64,000 nucleotides of DNA from Cenococcum geophilum (taxonomy: Eukaryota), in contig CP158635.1 of the NCBI GenBank assembly GCA_050273025.1, forward strand, positions 16,988,001 to 17,052,000, read 5' to 3'. Shown one piece after another: positions 11,690 through 21,624 of this stretch; position 1 is the first letter of the stretch, and the number at the start of each line of letters is the position of its first letter. Both the position numbers and the translations under genes were made by a program. Below the pieces are notes generated by a model. That model was given only the letters and a program-made list of their open reading frames with translations. It was not told where the DNA came from and did not search any database.

Positions 11690-14003
11690 TAGTTTTATTT
11701 CTAAATAAATTTTCTTATCTTACCTTCACGTGCTATCGCGTGATATTATTACTAAGCTACTATACCGGTCTACTGACTACTACTCTAGGTCTAATTATTA
11801 CTACTTTAGGTATAGATCCGGCACTCCCAGCACTCCACGGCCTTAATCCACGCCACGCCGGCTGCAAAATCACCATCCACAGCCAATGCAGAGAGGCGCC
11901 AGCTGGCCGCTCCAAATAGGCGCCAATTCAAATAGATCACTGCTCTACAAAGCTGCCTTAAGGATGTGCTTCGAATATACGCTCAAGTAATTAACAACTA
12001 CTAAGATTAATGCAAACTTAATATATATAAGTAGAGATAGACGTCCTAGTGTTTGCGGTATCGAAATACGTAAGGATCTTTATTAATTGGCTTAAATCCT
12101 ATTGTTTTTAAATATTCCGTTAAGGTGTCGTACTATTAAAGGTGCCTATTTAAGGCTATATATCGCCTTTAGTAATAGGTAGACTAATATATAGTCCTTA
12201 TTTTTAAATCCCTTTAGCTATTGTATATATATATAGAGTACTTCCTTATAAAGCTATTTAGAAAAGTAACTTTTTAACTCCTCCGAACGATAGGGTGACC
12301 TTATATTAATACTAGTGATAATGTTAGGGCATGTTCGGTTGCAGCTCCATATTGTAACGGAAATGGAGCTCAAATATGAATATGAGGGTGTTGTTCGGTA
12401 AATCTGACGACTTTTGAATATAGAGCCCCTCCATATCGGTAAGCGCGTCAAATTTGCAAGCTATACTATATATAGTAGTTGTAATGAGGTTCTTGGCACC
12501 GTTTCAATATGGAGCTTCGAGCTCCAGTTCTATATTCCATATCAATCTGGAGCCCTTGCATACGCGTCAAAGTAACGACTTCTTATAATATGGCGACTCC
12601 AAACACCCTAATTGTGATACTGCTGTCGCATTTATATGCCTTATATAATACTGTTATTCTAACCTTCGTGATTACGATAAGCTTGTTTTTAAGGCGTCGC
12701 GGGCATTATTGTAGCTCTACTACAGCTCCTACGGGAGGCGGGCAAAGATGTAGGAAACGTTAATCGCAGAGAGGGCGTTGGCCGAGGAGGAGGCTCTATT
12801 GCTACACTAAAGTAGGGAGTCGCGATAGAGGCCTGGTGGCAGAGAGGGGCTCATTCGAATTGCTCACCGACGTTAATTACGAAGTTAAATATGGAGCCTT
12901 ATGAGCTGCAACCGAACAATCGACTCAATTACAGATTCAAATGAGCCACGGTGGTAGCCGCCACTAATTACAAAACGGGCGACACTAAAAGGCGCACGGA
13001 TTGAACAGATTATGATATGGAGGCGATTTGCAACCGAACGTGCCCTTTAGACAAGAGGGTAATAGGGGAGGCATGATTTAGGCACGATTTAGGGTGCCTG
13101 GACGAGGCCATATTGACCTCCCCTATATTAAGACTTTAATATCCCTTAACAGGTCAATTTGGGTCTTTAGCTTATCGATAAGGATTGACCAATTAGATTA
13201 GCTAGATTTGGTGCCGGTATTTAGGAATATAAGGCTATCATATGTGTTTGAGTCCTTCCAGCAATCTTTAATAGCCGGCTCTATAAATTCCTATATAAGT
13301 AAGTACTCCGAAGTACGCGTAGAGTTCCTGCCTACATATTGGCTACTATATACGTGGGTATTCTACTTCCTTATCTATCGGGTAGAGATCCGCGTGCTTA
13401 TTATTAGTAGAGGGGGGTACGTGGACATCTACAGGAGCTTCCTAAGATCGCGTGATAGCTTCGCTTGTTGTATATATTCTTATCCTTCGTGACTACTCCA
13501 CCTTATGGAGTCTTTACATCACCATATACCTGCGTCCCCGTGTGACACTTATTTATCTACTCTATAAGCTTATCTATAATCCCTTCCATAAAAGACAGTC
13601 TAAATAACTGAAAAGGTTTGTATATATCAACGTTAGAAGGGAGGTTTAGTAAGCCATAGTCGTCCTAATCGTCAATATAGAGAGGTTTAAATTCGGGCAA
13701 CGGCTAGGGTTTAGGGGGCTGTTTTCGCCGCCTTATTTAGGGGAACGTTATATTGAGTCTTCTAAACAAGGTTTACATTAATTCTAGCACGATTGGAAGG
13801 CATAGTGGCGGTGTAATTGATTGAATTCTATATAGATATACGCTTTGTTTTGAAAACGTTGTTCCGCACGGACCTTACTCTGAGAACCCTGACGTTAAGG
13901 GATACTAGATAGTAAATTAATATAAATTAAATTAGGCGCTAAAAAACCTCAAATTGAACAAATCGAAGGCTTTACATTTGTTTGATTTGTTTGTTGCCTA
14001 CTC
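11690..14003. mobile_element. Small AT-rich RIP-degenerated TE-remnant island
   Basis: TpA-rich and CpA/TpG-poor; no credible ORFs; orphan TE-like ends (TGTCAC LTR-like at 13547; ACGT|TA pogo/Fot1-like end at 13745-13750). Confidence 0.7.
12327..13045. mobile_element. PIF/Harbinger (Tourist-like) non-autonomous element/MITE, ~720 bp
   Basis: TIRs GGGCATGTTCGGTTGCA ... TGCAACCGAACGTGCCC; TTA on the left and (T)TTA on the right; internal extra TIR copy GAGCTGCAACCGAACA at 12903-12918; no transposase. Confidence 0.7.
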
Positions 14004-14337
14004 TGAACAGCAGTAGCGTGATTCCTAGCCATGGCTTTCAGAGCCTACTTTTTGCAGCCGGGATGCATTATTTTGCGAATGAGGCTCATTAAAAAATTTC
14101 GACACACTTTTCTCCAGCGACGTTGTATAAGCATGAATGATTGCACATGTGTATGCTAAATGTTGCTTGGCTGGGGCTTGCTTTTAGTCCGCCACGGAAA
14201 ATGCACAGACCAGCTTCACACACATCAACCTCACCCCGACCATCGATCCCATGAACGCAACTGTGACGCTATCTCAGCTGCCTTTCCGCGCTCAACCCTC
14301 TCACCGCCAGCTGTGCTTGTAGCACAATCCCTCAATC

Positions 14338-14686
14338 ATGTCCCTCAACTACTACATCAGTAGTAAGTTTAATTTCTCCAAGATGATGCGCCTTCCTGAC
14401 CTCGCTGCCTTTAGAAAAAGTCCTGGTCATAACAGCCGACGGTCGCACACTCACAGGAACACTGTTGTCTTGCGACCAGCTTACCAACCTCGTCCTAAGC
14501 CACACTATTGAGCGCGTTATACGCCCCGCGGATGATCCGGAGACCAGCTCAGAGGTTGAGCATGGATTATATCTGATACGAGGAGACAACGTAGTGGTGT
14601 GCGGTTTAGTAGATGAGGAGCTAGATGCAAGCATTGATTGGACCAATGTGAGAGGGAGCGTGATAGGGGGAACGAAGCACGTATGA
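14338..14686 (+). CDS. LSM8: U6 snRNA-associated Sm-like protein LSm8; intron 14363-14414
   Basis: MSLNYYIS|KKVLVITADGRTLTGTLLSCDQLTNLVL...GLYLIRGDNVVVCGLVDEELDASIDW. Confidence 0.92.
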
Positions 14687-15303
14687 TGCAAGGGACGTCT
14701 GGCTGGTTTATTGGCCTGGTTAGGACAACTGCAGGCAAGATAAGAATATAAATGAGATCATGAGCGAGAATAAGCCTCTCAGCTCAACACAACCAGACAT
14801 AACTGCGTAGAGATGGCTGCTAAGGGAGGAAGAGCGGCCTTCCTTCGCAGGCGGAAGACTAAGAAGGGAGGAAATCCTCCACGTTACTGCGCCTGCTGGG
14901 ATAATGTTGAAAAGTATGTCTCTTCAAGCAATATCCTTTGTTTACCCGAATAACAGTCTTCGTTCCCCTTGCAGAATTTCGGCTTCTCTACAAAAGCGTT
15001 ATGGCCCACTGAGAGACAGGTATATTACACCTGCTTCCGCAGGTCTATACGCGTCTCATGGAGGAAACCGTTGTCCTATTGGTTACAAGCGTATCGAACC
15101 ACTTCCCCAAGCTAGACGATTGGCTTTGAATAATGCCATCACTTGCATCGAGGTCATTCGTACGTTATCTTACTACGTCAATATGACAGTTTTATGCCTG
15201 CGGAGCTGCATTTACTCCATCCGTGACTGCCATAGCAGCTGCCCACACCAACGCCCAACAAATGCTAACACCATATCTATACCTGAGCTTCCTGGCACTC
15301 AGT

Positions 15304-16064
15304 CTACTGAATCTGATGCCCCATGCCCATCTTTGTCCCCACAATAGCCTTATGATCGGCTGGGTTGGCCGCCGCCTCAAACAACACGCTCACCGGCTCT
15401 TTGTTGAGCTTCATGTACGTGCCTTTGAAAGCTAAATAGCTCAGCCTCGTGACGTCTTCCTCGCCATCACTAAAATTATCCTCGAAAAACAACGCCAAGC
15501 ACCGAGTAGTGTTGAACAGTGCTCGACGAACGGGGAATTCTTGTACCTCCGATGTCTGCACGAGATCGAATTTCTGGGTTGGCGCGAGCTCAGTGGCGGT
15601 GCTGAAGTCAAGATCCGGCGCGTTGATAAAGACTTTGAGGGTCTTGGGGGCGGCGGGGGAGGGAGACGAGCGGAGGAGGATGCTGTGGAGGCGGACTTGG
15701 CCTGTGAAACTAGCGTTAAATATTAGTGGAGTTCCTGATCAGGATAATAAAGAGAAGTTTATATGTGAAGAAGTTGGAGAGCCAAGGCAGTGGCTCTAAG
15801 GACGACCTACGGCACGATCATCAGTATCTGCTCATCTGCAGCACTCTTGAGCTCCGGCTCGGGGTCCATCCGCTGCGCCCACGTCTTCTGGCATATTGCG
15901 CGCCCTGAGGCTGAATCTTCCTCATTCAGGGTGAGCAGGGCGCTGAAGTCGATTTGCTCGTAGAGGAGATTTTGCAGGGCGGGCGTGATGTCATCCGAGT
16001 GGTCATGAGCTTCGGCATGCTCGTGGTCGTGCCCACCGTGGCCGTGATCGTGATGATGGGACAT
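15304..16064 (-). CDS. PITH-domain protein (PITHD1/DUF1000-like); intron 15710-15810
   Basis: His-rich N-terminus, LYEQIDF...TLNE, SAADEQILMIVP|FTGQVRLHSIL, FINAPDLDF, EAAANPADH. Confidence 0.88.
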
Positions 16065-16513
16065 GATTCTGGATAGGAGACGATGGATCTAGATATCCGG
16101 GTTCGAGTATTTATTCTTCGCTGGGTGGACTGCTTGCTGTTCTGGACAGCTGAGGTATATCTCTCACATGATGTGCGGAGGTGGAAGAAGTTGGGAAGTG
16201 ACGATCTTGGGGCAAATAGAAACGAGGATGTCACGATTCTCCTCCTGATATCTAGGTATTTATTTCCTAAGCTAAGTCCAAGACTTGAGGTCACAATCAA
16301 ACGTATTCAGGAATATGACCGTAGCTACTTTGAAGTAATTGTTGAATATTCTGTCCTAAAAGTAAGTGCTAGCCGGACATATCAAATATGACAAGTCTCT
16401 TAAAGACTACAATGACCACCTGAAAATGGCAAATATCCTTCAATCAGCCCAAATGTAGTATAAAACGCCGTCGCTAGAATGCAGCAAACAATAACCCGGA
16501 AGGGCGAGGTATA

Positions 16514-17264
16514 TCACGCGAGCAGAGGTTGAGCAGCTTGCTCTTCAGCTTGTTCGCGAGCTCTTCTCCGAGCCCTTTCCCGCGGTGTATCCTCCTTGAC
16601 TTTCTGGCTTTCCTCCGGCATCTTGGTTGGTGCGTCTGGCAGCTTAACGCCGGAAACTTCTGCTTCCAGAGCATCTAATTCGTCCTCCACTTCATCCTCG
16701 TCCTGATTTGACATTCGCCCTCCAAGCATCTCACTTACCTCCTATTAACAGAATCAAATCAGTATAGGCCCAAAAAATTCAGCACGTATGCTCAAACATA
16801 CCCTCTGGTACGCTTGGGCTTCCTCTGACTCTCCCAAGAGTTTCTCCACGTTCTCTATACCACCCATCTCCCTATGTATTTCCTTCAGAACAGCAGTGCC
16901 CTGTTGCAGGCCAAACAGCACATCTTTCTGGACCAGTGCGAACTCGACATCGCTAGTTAGGATCTCGAGTTGCGCCAGTTGCGCGTCCGTCTTCACTAGG
17001 AGTGATTCTTGGTATTTCTTGCGCCGTAAAGCCAGGAGAGCTTTCTTCTTGTCATCTCTCTGGAGGCACTCTTTCGCGATTTCCTTTTCGCGGTCTGTAA
17101 TTACGGTGATCCTCTTCTGATATTGGTGCAGCTTGTCGCGCTGGTTCTTCATATCAAGGATAGCCCTGAAAGTCCCAATTTAGATATATGTCTGAATAAA
17201 TTTAAGTAATGCTAACTTACTTGTCTTGTGCTGAAATTTTCTGAGAGCTGCCCGAATTTCCCAT
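16514..17264 (-). CDS. VPS20: ESCRT-III subunit Vps20 (CHMP6); introns 17166-17220 and 16742-16801
   Basis: Myristoylation-type start MGNSGSS, QDK|AILDMKNQRDKLHQYQKRI, Snf7 fold, acidic tail with LPDAPT. Confidence 0.92.
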
Positions 17265-17463
17265 TTTGAGCTTCTGCTTGTCGCCATGAGAATCAATCGT
17301 GTGCCTTGGATAAGTTGACTAGTGTGACGCCGCCAAGCACATTATCGATGAGGGTAAGGCTTGGCAGGCATTTCTCGTTTGCCTATTTTCGTCTTAACAA
17401 TTTTGGCCATCTCATCCTTGGAGAAGAGCACTGCACCTTCGGCAACCGCTGTGAGTGGGAGAG

Positions 17464-19734
17464 ATGCCATCACGAGGAAGATTGACACTTCGTCAAGGCC
17501 TGGATAAAGAGGTCTATCAGGTTGTGCGAAAATATTTGGATGAACAGCCAGAAAGCGTTAAAAAGGTTAAGGTTTATACGGTATACGATTGGATCAAAAA
17601 TTCGAATTCAAGTCTGAAGAGGAAACCAAAAAACCTACTTGAAGATAGCATCGGGCGCGTACTCACGGTTCTTCAAGAAGATGCGAGTGAGGAAGAACTC
17701 GGATCTATAGAAGGAGATTTCGGAAGCGGTGAAGAGCAGCAAAAAGTGCCAGACTCATCGGATCTCATGAACAAGCACATCATAGGTTCTTGGGCGTCGT
17801 CCGGGACCTCAACTCCAGTGGTCAATGGCGAAAAACCAAAAAAACGAGACGGCCCTCGGCCCGTGAATGGAGAGCGGGAAAGCAAGAAGCAGAAGAGGGC
17901 TGATGGAAGAGAAGGAGAGAAGGCCACAAAGATTGATACAACGCCTCCAAATTACGTACGACTTGAGGATGTGGGTGGAGTTGATTCAATCAAACGGGAG
18001 CTGAAAGACCATCTGGTACTTCCGTTGCTGTGTCCTGAGGAATATGTGAAGCGCAAGATTCCAATACCCAGAGGAATTCTTTTGCATGGACCTCCCGGAT
18101 GTGGTAAAACCGTTATATCAAGAGCCTTTGCAGCAAAACTAGGTGTTCCATTCATCGAAATTCTTGGGCCTTCAGTAGTCTCGGGAATGTCTGGGGAGTC
18201 GGAAAAGCAGATTCGAGAGCATTTTGAAAAAGCAAAGGAGGTAGCACCATGCCTAATCTTTATCGATGAGATCGATGTCATTGCACCCAAGCGCGATACT
18301 GCTCAGAGTCAGATGGAAAAGAGGATTGTCGCACAATTACTGATTTCGATGGATGGGCTGGCTATGGAAGCAAACGACGGCAAACCTGTTATTGTTTTGG
18401 CTGCGACAAATCGACCCGATAGCTTGGACCCTGCTCTGCGGAGAGGTGGACGGTTTGATACAGAAATCAATATGGGAGTTCCGAATGAATCCATGAGAGA
18501 ACTCATCCTTCGAGCACAGACACGAGACACCCATATGGCTCCGGATGTGGATTTTGCAAAATTGGCGAAGATGACTGCTGGATTCGTCGGCGCGGACCTT
18601 AGAGATCTTGTGGGGAAGGCAGGAACATGGTCTATGGATCAGTATCGCGAAGCGCTAGAGAAACAATCGGTTGAAACGGAAACGGAAATGGAAATCGATG
18701 ATGCAGCGGGTTCGACGAAGCCTTCGGACATGGACCGGTCAATAAGTCGGCTAATCAACCGCGTTAGAGATAAAGACAGAGAACGGCCTATTGGGTTCGG
18801 AGACACGGCTATTACGATGGAGGCGTTCGAAGCGGTTCTCCCGGGTATTCAGCCATCATCCAAACGAGAAGGTTTTGCAACAGTTCCCGATACCACTTGG
18901 GCAGATGTGGGGGCTTTGGATTCTGTTAGGGACGAACTACAAACCGCCATCGTGGAGCCGATCAAGAACCCACAACGGTACAAGAAAGTAGGTATTTCAG
19001 CGCCGACAGGAGTACTTCTTTGGGGACCACCAGGATGCGGCAAGACCTTACTTGCCAAAGCTGTTGCAGCGGAGTCAAAGGCCAACTTTATCAGCGTCAA
19101 AGGACCAGAGCTCCTCAACAAGGTATGTTATATTCTCCTACCGCTCTTTTTAATTATTTCCACTAACCCAAATATGTAGTATGTTGGCGAGTCAGAACGC
19201 GCTGTGCGGCAGGTCTTCATGCGCGCACGTTCTTCCATCCCCTGCGTTATCTTCTTTGATGAATTGGATGCCTTGGTTCCTCGCCGAAACGAAGCGCTTT
19301 CCGAAGCATCTGCTCGAGTGGTCAATACTTTACTTACTGAGCTCGATGGCCTCAGCACTAGAGAAGGCATCTACCTCATCGCAGCTACCAATCGCCCAGA
19401 CATCATCGATGATGCAATGCTACGACCAGGCCGTCTAGAAACATTGCTCTACGTGGGACTTCCTGCAGCTGACGAGCGTGTGGAGATTCTAAGAGCGCTC
19501 ATCAAGAAGACACCCATCGACCCTGCGCTGGCTTTCATTGGTAGCGCATGCAATAATTTCAGTGGTGCGGATCTTGGCAGCCTCCTCCGCAAAGCGGGTC
19601 AACATGCTCTTAAACGTGGCTCGGATAACGTGGGACAGAGTGACTTTTTAGAAGCTATCAAACATGTGAAGCCAAGTGTGGGAGATTTAGCCAGGTACGA
19701 AAAGCTCAAGAAGAAATTCGCTACTGAGCTATAG
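17464..19734 (+). CDS. RIX7: Ribosome biogenesis AAA-ATPase Rix7/NVL; intron 19123-19179
   Basis: Two AAA modules (GILLHGPPGCGKT; GVLLWGPPGCGKT), VVSGMSGESEK, QPSSKREGFATVPDTTWADVGAL. Confidence 0.95.
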
Positions 19735-20134
19735 GCTTGGGAGGTGAGGTGAAATACCTTGTGGAGCCGAACCATGTCAAATGTACCATTCCTTCTTGGC
19801 TTTAGCTTTCATTTCATGTACTCATTGCTCTCTTTGTCACGGATTTAGCACTTTATGAGAGGAGCCACACCTCCCGGCGAGAACAATCCAGAATGTCCAA
19901 GTAAACTCCACCTGAATGATTTCATGTAATTGAACCTCATAGGAGGAGAGTTTGAAGCTTCCCAAGACTTCCAGTCCATTACCAATTCAGTCATCCTCCA
20001 AAATTCATTCTAATTCCTTATCCGAACAACCAACCGTGCCATTAAGAGATCTCAGCTCTCAGGTCTGACATAATCCTTCGTACTCTCATTCAGCAATAAT
20101 CAAACAAGTTTTCAATCTTGATCCAAGCCCGCAT

Positions 20135-20359
20135 TCAGGAGGACTTTTTCCCAGTTAACTGCACCGTATCTCCTCGTTTTCTGATACATTCGTAGCAGTT
20201 CCAACTCTGTTGGCTGTCTCTGAATTTGTCGGTAAAAAGGGCGCAAGCTTTAGCATTTTCGGGTTTCTGGCCCTCTTTCTCAATCTCCTTGCAGTACTCC
20301 CATCGCCAGAACCTAGTGTGATTGCATTGCCGGGATTTGTAATACCATTCAGTGCACAT
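20135..20359 (-). CDS. Small Cys-rich protein, 74 aa (MC...CxH...C...C...CxxC)
   Basis: ATG at 20359: MCTEWYYKSRQCNHTRFWRWEYC...AC...NCYEC; the pattern resembles small fungal Cys/His proteins. Confidence 0.55.
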   Translation of the reverse strand: MCTEWYYKSRQCNHTRFWRWEYCKEIEKEGQKPENAKACALFTDKFRDSQQSWNCYECIRKRGDTVQLTGKKSS

Positions 20360-20825
20360 GATATCGTACGTCGAAACCAGAGTTCTGGACAATCGGTGAG
20401 GTGAGTTTTAGACCACGCTATGGGGACTTTGAGGTGGAGAGGATGAACTCTACGGAGTCTGAGGAGTCTGGGGAGTCAGCGGAATCAGTGGAGTTGATTT
20501 TGTTGATCTGGCCAGCCGGTTCGGATTTGTTCCTATTCGGTTCGTCAGTTAGAGTAACTTACAGTGATTTGTTCTTACGTCTCCCTGGGAATGTGAAGGT
20601 ATGTATTAGTAATTACTCTGTTATCCTCTCCTCCGCTTCCTAACGCCTTTGTTCTTGTTCTTGTCCCCACCCTCGTCCTTGCTATCATCATCTTTGTCTT
20701 CCCCGTACTTATCCTTGCCACCCTTATCAACCCTGCTGTCTTCTCCCACCTGTTCCTGCTGCCCCTCTACGGACGACAACCTCTCCTGTTCCGCCTGCCT
20801 ACACAACTGTGCCTTCCTACAACTA

Positions 20826-21002
20826 CTATAGAAGTTCGAATGAGTACAGCTCAACCGGCGTGTCCCTGAACCCTACGCATCCCGGAGCCGGGATGCCGCG
20901 CTCGTGTTGGCTCCGATAGCAGTGCGGTATCCCGTCGCAGTACGGGTATCCGCGCGGGAGAAGATGCCTACAAGGGTATGGTGTAACGTATCGGATGCAC
21001 AT
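20826..21002 (-). CDS. Second small MC...CxH protein, 58 aa (below the ORF-track cutoff), possibly degenerate
   Basis: MCIRYVTPYPCRHLLPRGYPYCDGIPHCYRSQHERGIPAPGCVGFRDTPVELYSFELL*; AGCATG start context. Confidence 0.35.
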   Translation of the reverse strand: MCIRYVTPYPCRHLLPRGYPYCDGIPHCYRSQHERGIPAPGCVGFRDTPVELYSFELL

Positions 21003-21081
21003 GCTGTTGTTTCAGGCGGGGTATCTGTGGTTTGTATGTAATATTAATAAACCTGGGCTTTTTAGAGCTGGAATATTTGTG

Positions 21082-21150
21082 TGAGATAGAGATAGAGAGA
21101 GATAGAGAGAGAGAAAGAGAGATAGAGAGAGAGAAAGAGAGAGAGAGGAG
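21082..21150. repeat. Imperfect (GA)n microsatellite
   Basis: gagatagagatagagagagatagagagagagaaagagagatagagagagagaaagagagagagagg. Confidence 0.9.
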
Positions 21151-21624
21151 ATCACTCCCTCCTGTTAATCAATCATCAGTGTTGTATTCCACTGACGCCG
21201 TGCCCTCAATCTCCAGCCGACCCACCGCTCCTCCCAGCTCATTCCAGCATCCCTTCTGAGCCCCTGTCCTCTACACAAGCTACACCGCAAACCGAAACTC
21301 CTGACCGACCTTGCACCCTTTTTAGCATCGAGGCGCACACCTCACCCCAACAGACGATCAAGCATATAGCAAATGGCGACAGCGAAGCGGCCTGAAAGCC
21401 GGCACTAGCATTCTATGAATACATCTATCAAGAAACTACACTGCAGAACCGCCGAGGCCCGAAAAAGGGAGAAACAGTAAAGAAATAGTAATTCAAAGCC
21501 GATCCAAAAGGGTATTCCAGACACATTACACCACCCACCGCCACCACAGATACGGCGTATTGATATCAAGCCTTCACCCCTCCCCCCCCCTTCCCAGCCC
21601 CACCACACCCCAACCAAACCAGCC

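Noticed and set aside
12322..13547. Possible solo LTR (TGTTA...TGACA) enclosing the MITE
   Set aside because: Flanking 5-mers (GATAA vs CTTAT) do not form a TSD.
13920..14003. Possible Mutator-like TIR (GAGTAGGCAACAAACAAATCAAAC on the minus strand)
   Set aside because: No partner TIR or TSD found in the window.
14904..15347. 147-aa plus-strand ORF between LSM8 and the PITH gene
   Set aside because: Lies in convergent 3' UTR space, overlaps the PITH end, and shows no protein-like motifs.
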